A stretch of 64,000 nt of DNA from Marsupella aquatica (Eukaryota; Plantae; Marchantiophyta). Shown one piece after another: positions 10,028-19,747 of this stretch. Every line of letters begins with the position of its first letter. The stretch's first letter is position 1. The stretch covers positions 6,115-70,114 of the forward strand of contig CCZZQB010000055.1 of NCBI GenBank assembly GCA_973895155.1, given 5' to 3'. Under the pieces are notes generated by a model. That model did no database searches and had not been told where the DNA came from. It was given only the letters and a program-made list of their open reading frames with translations. A program made the translations under genes and the position numbers.

Positions 10028-10689
10028 AACCCGAGCCGAAGATTCTGAGCGTAATTGAAGCATGGTGTCGTCCAGCTTCTTGAGTTCGGCCTGCGCTCCG
10101 CTTAACTCCTGGGTTAGTCCGTCCCTCTGTTCGACAGTGTGGACTAAATCCTCGCGGCGGGTCGTTGCCTCCTCCTCGAGGTGCTCTACCAGCATCTGGA
10201 GACGCCCGATCTCATTCCCCTTCGCCATGAGTTCTTCTTCCAAGCGGCTGACGATCCGTGGTTGGTGCTCTAACATGAAGAAGGCTGGCTGAAAGTACGC
10301 CGAGACTTGTTGTCCGATGTATGTCGCCAACTCCCCAGACATAGTCTGGCTAAACTTCTGGACCAGGTCGTAGGCCATGGTCCCCGGGGCTACTTGGTAG
10401 TCCTCCATCCTCTCGGGTACCGGTGGTTCCTCGGCAGGGGCAATGAGCTCCTCCGTAGTCAGCGCTGGGGAGGGGAAGGTTTCTTCAGGTGGTGGAGGGA
10501 TTGGGGGTGGTTGTACTGCAGGTAGCGGAGGCTCAACGGAAGGAGGTGGTGGAATTTCCACAGGGGGCGGTTGCGGAGTATTAGTCGGGGCTTCCGGCTC
10601 GGGGTTTGTCCGAGGGACAGTAGTCCGCGTAGTCGGGGTTGCCTCCTCTGGGGCGGGGGTGACATTACCCGGGGCTGAGGTGGCCATAT
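10028..10689 (-). pseudogene. Distal part of the LTR-embedded ORF of family B1, cut by element 1 on the left and the DNA transposon on the right
   Basis: Pro-rich linker then coiled coil (MATSAPG...SARV) running into the A1 LTR end; joins in frame to the ORF beyond 24151 when the transposon is removed. Confidence 0.75.
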
Positions 10690-10715
10690 ATCAGCCTATT
10701 CATTAAAAGTGTATT
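10690..10715 (+). repeat. Left terminal inverted repeat ATCAGCCTATTCATTAAAAGTGTATT
   Basis: Exact reverse complement of 24122-24147. Confidence 0.95.
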
Positions 10716-10740
10716 TTCTTTTGTTCACAAATCAGTCCTG

Positions 10741-10830
10741 AAATGTACACTTTTATGTCCCCAAATGTACACTTTAAGAAGCCCAAATGTACACTTTTTG
10801 ATACCTAAATGTACACTTTATAGGCCAAAT
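10741..10830 (+). repeat. Left subterminal repeats (AAATGTACACTTT)
   Basis: About 4 copies; the same motif recurs at the right end. Confidence 0.85.
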
Positions 10831-11078
10831 CTTATTAGTATTATATTAATATATTATCTTATATTAATTATAATAGTATTATATTACTTATTAGTTCACA
10901 AAGAACCATGGGATAGAGATCATACTTGTAAAAACATTTACGCACAAAGAAGCCTAAGCAAGGACCATTGATTGATAATGTGTGAAATAATTATATACAA
11001 TTGTGTCCAAACTTACAATGAATATCCAGGGCTGGCACCCATTTTTACTATCTAATGGGCTTAACATGAGTCAGATCT

Positions 11079-12203
11079 CTAAACAAAGTGCTCCTTACAA
11101 TATTTATTTGAGCACGTGCCCTTGTCTCCTTTACTATCTACCCTAATGTCACGGTTGCAACTCCCTTTATCTTCAGGGAGATGAAATTTGGTGGTGTTGT
11201 TCCTAACTGCTATAATCTCCCGCAAAAAGTGTCTGGGATTTTCTCTATACAGACCTGAATATTCCCGTCCTACAAATGATCTAGCAAGTGAGGTGACAAG
11301 TGCATCGTCAAGTTCCACCTCAGGACGTAAGCTACATATACGGTGCTTCACAGCCCAAGGAATCTCATTGCTATTGAGGTCCAACACACTATGCCTATAC
11401 TGTGACTTCCAAATTTTTGCTGCACATCTCTTACTAAGTTGATCATAAGTAATCTCATTTTTTGCCTTGTCTCTCTTAATGTGCAATAGAGACCACTTTG
11501 GAGAGTTTAGGAGAAGATAACAACGAATGTCACTTGCATGTGACAGTTTCTCAAGACATGGCCAAAGAATTGTTAGAAGAAAATTGTCTCCACGATTGGC
11601 ATGCGTGTAGGGCACTGGAAATAGTCCGGTCATGTCTGGGTTGGCAAATGCCTTTAAGGGGGAGTCATCCACAAGGAGTGTGTTGGTTTCATCATATAGA
11701 TTTCCAAATGCACTCCATACCACCCGAAAATCCTTCAATAGCACATTTGCCTTTCCATTTGTAATGTCACGCCTTTGAATGCCTGTGTCAAAGGCTTCCA
11801 CCTGTGTGAATACAAACTTCAGTTTCAACCGCTCCTCAACAGTGAACATCATGTTCAACATTTTCACTGTCCGCGGCATCCCAGCACATGTCCAAATTGC
11901 AACGTCAAACCGGTCAAAAACCAACTTTAGAAACTCATGGAACCCTGGCCTCTGTGTATACATGCGACTAGTTCCATTTGATCTATCCCAATGCACTCCA
12001 TTTGGGGTCACAATGTTTCTGGATTTGCCCTTGCTTTGGAATTCAAGTGAATCCCAAAGTATTTTGTTAAGATCCAAAATCAGCAACTTCCGCTTGATGG
12101 GACAAGGTCTCGATTCTGCAAGTGCAACAAATACAACTCTTAGAAAGAAAACCAAATTTGAACTTTGGACTGATTTGAATCTCAGTCCAAAAATACAAGA
12201 CAA
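11079..12203 (-). CDS. FCP1/NIF-family HAD phosphatase-like protein (transposon cargo)
   Basis: KLLILDLNKIL (DxDxT-like motif, degenerate), RPGFHEFL, FDVAIWT, TLLVDDSPLKAFANP. The true 5' boundary is probably an acceptor TTGCAG at 12116. Confidence 0.8.
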   Translation of the reverse strand: MSCIFGLRFKSVQSSNLVFFLRVVFVALAESRPCPIKRKLLILDLNKILWDSLEFQSKGKSRNIVTPNGVHWDRSNGTSRMYTQRPGFHEFLKLVFDRFDVAIWTCAGMPRTVKMLNMMFTVEERLKLKFVFTQVEAFDTGIQRRDITNGKANVLLKDFRVVWSAFGNLYDETNTLLVDDSPLKAFANPDMTGLFPVPYTHANRGDNFLLTILWPCLEKLSHASDIRCYLLLNSPKWSLLHIKRDKAKNEITYDQLSKRCAAKIWKSQYRHSVLDLNSNEIPWAVKHRICSLRPEVELDDALVTSLARSFVGREYSGLYRENPRHFLREIIAVRNNTTKFHLPEDKGSCNRDIRVDSKGDKGTCSNKYCKEHFV

Positions 12204-12352
12204 TGACTAACAACAAAGAAAACCTATATACCATTTTTAGAAGCCCCAAAGAGCGTAGGTGGATATCGAGGCTCTAATTGCTGACCGCATTCTGTGAGAC
12301 CGAGAAGTATTTTAGATTGGTATGAAAAAATGGAAAGTCAGACGGTTTGATC

Positions 12353-14728
12353 TCAGTCTGAAAAAAGAGATCCGTATTCATCAATAATGTCAACACCCAG
12401 CTCCTCTTGGATTTCAAAATTGACATCTGAAGTACTTTGTTCTACCCAATAAGGTGACGTCCAAACAGGAGTTATCAATCCCAATTCTCCTCTCTTATAC
12501 TCCTTCCTGTTAAGAATCGATGGAGCAGCATCCAATGAAACTTCTTGGCCTCTATTTGGCCCACTTTTCCACACATAACATCGTGCATCACGTTCAAGTG
12601 ACCTCCATCCGGTTGATCCAACTCTATTCCCTTTTTTCTTTGAGAGAGGAAGGACAACTGGACTTCCCGAGTGTGAACGAACAAAAACCAATTTGTCATC
12701 AGAAGCTGAAAAGAGTGTGTCAGGACAAATTGAAGCACCTGCCTGGTTGTCAACAGTCGCTGATGCACGGGCTTCTGGGGTCATGGGAATCTCACGTACT
12801 TCGACAGCCGTCCCGGGAATCAAATTTTGGGTGTCAGCTTCATTCGAATTGACCTGTCTGTCTCCACCGTCCGCGACCAAATTGGTTGACGAACAATTTT
12901 CAAATGTATCAATGTCAATCGGATCATCAATTCCGTCCATTTCTCGTTGCACCACATTTGGATTGAGACCATCCTTGTCCAAGTTGTCATCAACCTCAAC
13001 TTCATAGGGTTCCAAAGGGACGTCATCTGCACGTGATGAAGGGCGTGGTGCAAGACCAACGTTATCATCAACATCGTAGGGTTCTATGCTTTCACTTTGA
13101 CCTACACGGTCATCCAAATTCTTTGCATACGCCACCTCTGATGCCCCATCATCTTTGACTGACTTAGCGCCCACTTCTTTGGAATTATCAGCTGATTCAT
13201 GTTCGGTAGAAACATCCGCAATAGTGGGTTTCCAATGCCTAGAACTCCCACCACGAGGATCCCAATTTTCCTTGATTGAGGGGACCCTCTCGCAAAGGAA
13301 TGAAGCATACGCTTCCACAAAGTGTCTCTCATCTTGAGAGTCACAATAAACAAAGCATTCGCGTTGCACCAAGAATGCTGTCTTCATCACTTGACCACCC
13401 GAGAAAAAATCAAGAATCAAGTCTCCAGCTTCTGACAAGGATTCAATAATCCTCTGTATCATCCGCGTGGGTTTGGCATGTGGATTCACCCAACCACCAC
13501 GAGCACCAACTATCTCAAATCGAGGGGCCATGTGCAAAACCTTGGTCGCCTCTTCTGGGGTCAGCATCATTTTTAGATCTTCGGGTTTTGACACGTCGTC
13601 TATGTCAACCTTTGCCTTCCCAGTGTCAATCTTGGTGACCTCAAAATCAGTATCTTTTGAACCAAAAAAGAATTTTGGCTTTGGGTGATTGGGTTTGAAA
13701 ACATCATTCCAATTCACATTTTCATCTCGAGAAATTCCTGCAAATATAACTTCTTCAATTCCGCCTCCCCAACACGAATCAAGCGGGTGCGGTTGATCCT
13801 CTCGAGAATAACTCCCATACTCAATGTGAATGGTGAGAGATTTCTCTTGTCCCAATTTTCGAAGTGAGCTTAGGACATTCATTGCAAGAGGCCCCGGATG
13901 AACAGTTATGGCTACAACGATTGTAAGATTTTGTGGTAGCTCCACAATGTATTGCAGAAAGACCAAAACTTCTGCTTCCGTCCACAGCTTCTGGTGATCT
14001 CGACTGAAGTCAACAATGGCAAGTGAGCACGTTGGAGATGATTCTTCTATTGCTGGTGGATCAACTGTTTTCATTAGATTGTCACTAAAGAACGTGACCC
14101 ACGGTTGGCTCCGAGAATGTGTCCCTCCGCCAAACTTCTGGCAATAAATATCATCAAGGCGCATCACCAGAGCTATTGGCAAGATTGCACTCTCCCTGGT
14201 ATGATTTGGCTTCAACAGATTTGACAAAAAAACTTCACCAGCCGCTCTTCTGCATCTACTGAATTCTGCGTCAACACTCAACAATGGCAGAACCTCTACA
14301 ACTTTCTTCCAATCGGTATCCGAAGGGAAATTCCTTGGATCCTTGCCGAAGTAGTACTCCTCAATGAGAGACTTGAGCTTCCTCACTTTTTTCACATCCT
14401 TCGCAAGCTCCTCTATTGAGGGTATGTCAGATTTATTTGTGGCATCTTTCTTCAGCAATGCCTTTCCTGACTTCACTTGTGTCAGGATTTTTGTGATGTC
14501 TTTCTGTGAGATCAACTCACCATCAAAGGGACGAAACATGGCAACGGTAATTGCTTTTTCGGACTTGTTATTTCCTTCCATCCCAGCTCCATCAGGAAGT
14601 TTCCCATGCAACCACATCTCACAGACTAACCGCCACAACTCAAAAAGATCGTTGTCCACAAAAAGTAGCCAGTATACATTTCGCAAGTCCTTCCTGCCCA
14701 TAGTCATTCTTGCCAGAGCCAACCAATC
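12353..14728 (-). CDS. Exon 2 of ParB-like/amino-methyltransferase-like gene: beta-class N4/N6 MTase-like fold plus acidic tail
   Basis: HAKPTRMIQRIIESLSEAGDLILDFFSGG resembles HPTQKP...GDLVLDPFxGSG; upstream SLAIVDFSR sits at the expected DPPY position; acceptor TTGTAG ends at 14729, phase 0. Confidence 0.7.
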   Translation of the reverse strand, partial: DWLALARMTMGRKDLRNVYWLLFVDNDLFELWRLVCEMWLHGKLPDGAGMEGNNKSEKAITVAMFRPFDGELISQKDITKILTQVKSGKALLKKDATNKSDIPSIEELAKDVKKVRKLKSLIEEYYFGKDPRNFPSDTDWKKVVEVLPLLSVDAEFSRCRRAAGEVFLSNLLKPNHTRESAILPIALVMRLDDIYCQKFGGGTHSRSQPWVTFFSDNLMKTVDPPAIEESSPTCSLAIVDFSRDHQKLWTEAEVLVFLQYIVELPQNLTIVVAITVHPGPLAMNVLSSLRKLGQEKSLTIHIEYGSYSREDQPHPLDSCWGGGIEEVIFAGISRDENVNWNDVFKPNHPKPKFFFGSKDTDFEVTKIDTGKAKVDIDDVSKPEDLKMMLTPEEATKVLHMAPRFEIVGARGGWVNPHAKPTRMIQRIIESLSEAGDLILDFFSGGQVMKTAFLVQRECFVYCDSQDERHFVEAYASFLCERVPSIKENWDPRGGSSRHWKPTIADVSTEHESADNSKEVGAKSVKDDGASEVAYAKNLDDRVGQSESIEPYDVDDNVGLAPRPSSRADDVPLEPYEVEVDDNLDKDGLNPNVVQREMDGIDDPIDIDTFENCSSTNLVADGGDRQVNSNEADTQNLIPGTAVEVREIPMTPEARASATVDNQAGASICPDTLFSASDDKLVFVRSHSGSPVVLPLSKKKGNRVGSTGWRSLERDARCYVWKSGPNRGQEVSLDAAPSILNRKEYKRGELGLITPVWTSPYWVEQSTSDVNFEIQEELGVDIIDEYGSLFSD

Positions 14729-14967
14729 CTACAATCCAAAAGGAAAGCTAGTCAGTTATCCCCAACGCAAGGGTTGGAAAAAAAGGATTCTAATGTGTGA
14801 TAATAGTATTGGATTCGGATGGTCTCAATCAAAAAGAAAACTCGTACTAAACATTCCAAAAGTTCCAATACTCTTTGACAAATCGTGTCGGACTGAGACC
14901 ATCCGAATCCAAAATAGAATTACTCTCTATGGTAGAGAAATGCATACAAAGTAATCACATTTCTTAC
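14729..14967 (-). other. Predicted 239-bp GT-AG intron
   Basis: Donor CAG|GTAAGA and acceptor TTGTAG|GAT are both phase 0, giving NQKFQ-DWLALARM in frame. Confidence 0.8.
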
Positions 14968-16575
14968 CTGAAATTTTTGGTTGTCTTGAGCATTTGTTTT
15001 GTTGTCGCCATGTTTTGGTTTGTCTGGATTTCCATATTCAACAAACTGCCGCCTCGCATGGACAACTGTATCTTTAAAGCAAGATTGAAACACCATCGTG
15101 CTATTGATGGCGTTTGATCTCATGGAGTGCTCAACAAGAATTGAAGACGGTGTGCGATCAGACAATATTCTGGATTTCCTGAATTCTAACTTCTTGGCCA
15201 ACTGGGTGAGCTTGGCATCCTTCGTTGCCCAATCACGAATCCATCTCGCAGCTCTCGCAGAGTGCTGACCACTAACGGCTAGAAATTGGACCTCGCCCTT
15301 TTTCACTCCGGCCAAAAAATCCTTCCGGTCCGACTCCGTATTCTCAAAGTGGAGTACCTTTCTTTGCTCGACGTTAAAAGGAATCAAATCAGCGACATGT
15401 GGCTCATGCCCAGGTGTTTTGATCATGGAATCAGCAATGTCTTGCACATGATCAAAATTCATCATCCGATAGCATAGTCTCGCTGGTGCGGCAAAAATAC
15501 TTTCAACTGGGATCAGAAAAATTTCGTTTATCCCAAAAGTATAGTACTGCTCCATTTGTTGAAGAACTTCATTCCCTTCTAAGACGTCTTTCTCCTCTGG
15601 AGCATGTGGCCTATCACTCTCATCTTCAGCATGTAATGAAAAATCTATAGGAGTTGAATTCACAACTCCGGTGTCGGTTTTTTGTTTCTTCTTCTCCCTC
15701 GACTTCTTCTCGGCTGGAAGCTTCTTCTTCTCGGCTGGAAGCTTCTTCTTCTCGGCTGGAGCCGTGATCTTCTTCTCAACTGAAGTAGGTTTCTCAACCA
15801 GAAGCTTCTTCTCCCTCTGCTTTCGCTTCCCTGCCGCTCTATCCATGGTTGTTGTTGCAGTAGTTTGTGCTGTCTCCGTCGTAGTTGCTGGAGTTCCTTT
15901 GGCTGGCGTAGACTCAATTATTTTCTGTGGTTGTGTACTTTTCCTCAACTTCACCAAAGACTCTACCCATAGATTTGCTTTTTCCAGGTCAAGCGTGTGT
16001 GCAAAGGCTAGTGCCTTGGCGATCCAAACATTTGAGTCTGGTGACACCAGACCTGCTTTCTCAAGCAAATTGTTAAGAGTCCATGTGGATGGAAGAGAGA
16101 ACTTTGATGGGTTGTTTACAATGTTGAGTTTCAAATAAAGAAACCCATAAAAAATGTCCAAAGGAAGCATTCCCTTCAGTCCTCCAATAATCTTCTCCTT
16201 TGTGTAGGATTTTGGAAAGAATCCCATCGACAACACACTTAATTCCCCACTTGCATACCATTCCACATTGAACTCGGCCGAGAAAGCCTTTGTGGGGAGC
16301 TGCAACTTTGCCCACCTCATCGTGTCCGACACCTCTACAATGATAGAATTCATTCCTCTTCCTATCATTCCCACAGAGACCACGGGTCCGATGACCAATG
16401 TTTGGTTGTTGCCTGTCCTGATCTTGACACATAACACTGGATCCTGAATGTTAAATGAATTCAGGCGGAAGTTAACTCGCGAGAACTCAAGTCCCCACCG
16501 AAATCCTGGATCGCGGTCCTCCAAAATGAGCCCATCGTCGCAGTCTGCCTCTGAAATGGCGAGAGTTGTATTCAC
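14968..16575 (-). CDS. Exon 1 of cargo gene: unknown N-terminal domain, Lys-rich linker and ParB/Srx-like domain
   Basis: IPVESI...RMMNFDHVQDIADSM...FLAVSGQHSARAA resembles the ParB/Srx core ending in (D/S)G(Q/x)H(R/S); 21-bp repeats encode AEKKKLP. Confidence 0.65.
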
Positions 16576-16673
16576 CAGATCACTCTCTGCATTGGAGAGT
16601 GAAAATTCATATTAGACTTCAAATCCATGAAATTTGTTTTAAGAAATCACTGTCAAAGTGAGATTGAAGGCTC

Positions 16674-17340
16674 TTGGATTCGGACCATCCGAATCCAATA
16701 CAAGAAGCCCACTTGGATTCAGATGGTCCGAATCCAAACAACCCTCTTAGATTCGGACCATCTGAATCCAATCAAGCCACTTGGATTTGGACCATCCAAA
16801 TCCAAACAACCCACTTGGATTCGGATGGTCCGAATCCAAACAACCCTCTTGGATTCAGACCATCCGAATCCAATCAAGCCACTTGGATTCGGACCATCCA
16901 AATCCAAACAACCCACTTGGATTCGGATGGTCCGAATCCAAACAACCCTCTTGGATTTGGATGGTCCGAATTTAAACAACCCTCTTAGATTCAGACCATC
17001 CGAATCCAAACAACCGACTTGGATTCGGATGGTCCGAATCCAAACAACGCTCTTGGATTTGGACCATCCAAATCCAAACAACCCACTTGGATTCGGATGG
17101 TCCGAGGTTGTTTGGATTCGGATGGTCCGAATCCAAACAACGCTCTTGGATTTGGACCATCCAAATCCAAACAACCCACTTGGATTCGGATGGTCCGAAT
17201 CCAAACAACCCTCTTGGATTTGGATGGTCCGAATTTAAACAACCCTCTTAGATTCAGACCATCCGAATCCAAACAACCCACTTGGATTCGGATGGTCCGA
17301 ATCCAAACAACGCTCTTGGATTCGGACCATCCGAATCCAA
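16674..17340. repeat. Left palindrome array: about 34-bp units (TTGGATTCGGA-CCA/TGG-TCCGAATCCAA plus about 9 bp), 102-bp higher-order period
   Basis: Read directly; frame translations repeat every 34 aa. Confidence 0.92.
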
Positions 17341-17794
17341 CAACTTAAGATGCATGAATAAACCTCCGGGAACTTACTTTGGACTTGAGATTGAAATTCT
17401 TGGGAATCCCTAAGCGCTAGGGCCACAAGATCACCGACAGAGGAGAGATCCAAGTCATCAGATTCTTCGGCGAGTAGGACGATGACGGTTTTCTTGGAAA
17501 CTTCCATTTTTAGGAGTGACACGTGGCAGGATATACTGAGGACACGTCAAGATGGGCAAGATCTAGGGCGTTGCAGCAGATTAGGGCAAGAAGGCAATTA
17601 GGGCAAGGGCAAGGGATATCAGCGGCAGCCAGCCAAGAGCGAGAGCGAGGAGCGAGAATGAGGAGCTAGAGCGAGAGCGAGGAGCGAGAGGGAGGAGCGA
17701 GAGTGAGGAGCGACAGAGAGAAAACAACAATGAGGTCTGTGGAAGACCTCATCCTCCCTTTACCCCCTCCTGAAAGGCTTGTTTGCGTACGGAT

Positions 17795-17852
17795 GATCGC
17801 TGCACGGATCATCTCTGTACGGATCATCTCTGTACGGATCATCTCTGTACGG
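17795..17852 (+). repeat. 15-bp tandem repeat CGGATCATCTCTGTA x3
   Basis: Direct reading. Confidence 0.85.
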
Positions 17853-18502
17853 ATAGAGACCAAGAAGGGATCTGGTCCTATCAGTTTGGGTGGGACGCTA
17901 GCTGTATTGTCTGACACAATGGATTGAAAAAGGATTGGATGATTGTTCTAACCGCGATACTCGGTGTTGCCTCAACCTTATCGGATCGCACATTCAGGGC
18001 CGAACATACCAACCCACGAGTATAAGAGGTACTCTACGGACATCATTGTTGTTTTAGTTTCATATCTTCACTTGGGCATCCAGGTCTGCGCAACTCCTCC
18101 TCAGCTCTTCTCTCTGATGGAGTTTAGACTTGAAGTGGCTTTGATAGCTTTCTTAGTCAGATTGATATGAACTTATTCATCAATTTAGAGGTAGCAGAGC
18201 CAACCTTGGAGACATACTGGAAAAACAAGACTGCTGAGGTGAGTTATGGTCTTAGTCGCTTTGCTTATTTTGAGTTCTTAGGGAAGAGAGACGAACCCTT
18301 TCACTTTGTTCTGCATTCTAGTGACTTCCCAATTATTATTTCACGAATTACCCAATGTTCCGAAAAACCCGGAATGTCTAAATTTGATTAGGAAGAGATC
18401 TCAATCTCAATATATCCATCTCAACATAATCTTCATTGTGGAGTTAGACCATTTGAATCCAGACTTGATGTGTGGATTATAATGGTCCTAATCCTAGATT
18501 GT

Positions 18503-19633
18503 TGTTTGGATTCGGATGATCCAAATCCAATCCATTTCTAGGATTGGGACCATCTGATCAGATTCCAATCTTGGTTTGGATTCGGATGGTCCGAATCCAA
18601 GAGGGTGTGTTGGTCCGAATCCAACCGTGCAATGCTTAAATTGTGACCTTTGGGATCCAATCTCGGTTTGGATTCGGACCATCCCAATCCAAGCGAGATG
18701 GTAAATACAGTCTGGTTTTTGATTTGGATGGTCCGAATCCAAGAGGGTGTGTTGGATTCAGACCATCCGAATCCAAGCGTGCAATGCTTAAATTGTGGCC
18801 TTTGGGATCCAATCTCGGTTTGGATTCGGACCATCCCAATCCAAGCAAGATGGTTGAATTTGGGCGTTTTAAATACAGTCTGGTTTTGGATTCGGATGGT
18901 CCTAATCCAAGAGGGTGTGTTGGATTCGGACCATCCGAATCCAAGCGTGCAATGCTTAAATTGTGACCTTTGGGATCCAATCTCAGTTTGGATTCGGACC
19001 ATCCCAATCCAAGCGAGATGGTTGAATTTGGGCGTTTTAAATACAGTCTGGTTTTGGATTCAGATGGTCCGAATCCAAGAGGGTGTGTTGGATTCGGACC
19101 ATCCGAATCCAAGCGTGCAATGCTTAAATTGTGACCTTTGGGATCCAATCTCAGTTTGGATTCGGACCATCCCAATCCAAGCGAGATGGTTGAATTTGGG
19201 CGTTTGAAATACAGTCTGGTTTTGGATTCGGACCATCCCAATCCAAGCCGGTTTGTTGAATTGGGACCTTCGGGATAGAATCTGTGTTTGGATTCGGACC
19301 ATCCGAATCCAAGATGGTGGGTTGGATTCGGACCTTTGAAATACAATCTGGTTTTGGATTCGGACCATCCGAATCCAAGCCCGGTGCTCAAATTGGGACC
19401 TTTGAAATAAAATCTGGGTTTGGATTCGGACCATCCCAATCCAAGCGCGTTTGTTGAATTGGGACCTTTGGGATCCCATCTGGGTTTGGATTCGGACCAT
19501 CCAAATCCAAGAGGGTGTGTTGGATAGAGGTTGGTTTGGATTCGGACGATCCCAATTCAAGCGAGATGCTTAAATTTGACCTTCGGAATAAAATCTTCAT
19601 GGTTTTGATTTGGACCACCGGCCCCAATCCAAG
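18503..19633. repeat. Right palindrome array: same 25-bp palindrome, 168-bp higher-order unit in its core
   Basis: GATGGTCCGAATCCAAGAGGGTGTG-like block recurs near 18724, 18892 and 19060; frame translations repeat every 56 aa. Confidence 0.9.
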
Positions 19634-19747
19634 CGTGATAGTTGAGCCAATGTTTGGATTCTCGGAATGGCAATCAAATGACCGTATGGATAATTGTGAG
19701 TCTCTTCAAATTCTTGTCATTCGGATTTGTGATGGTTTTTCTGAAAA

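Noticed and set aside
16627-19627. Many 60-270-aa ORFs on both strands over the arrays
   Set aside because: Artefacts of stop-poor palindromic repeats; all frames give the same periodic peptides.
16674-19633. CRISPR array (palindromic repeats with spacers)
   Set aside because: Spacers are short or themselves repeated in higher-order units, orientation alternates, there are no cas genes, and the context is eukaryotic.
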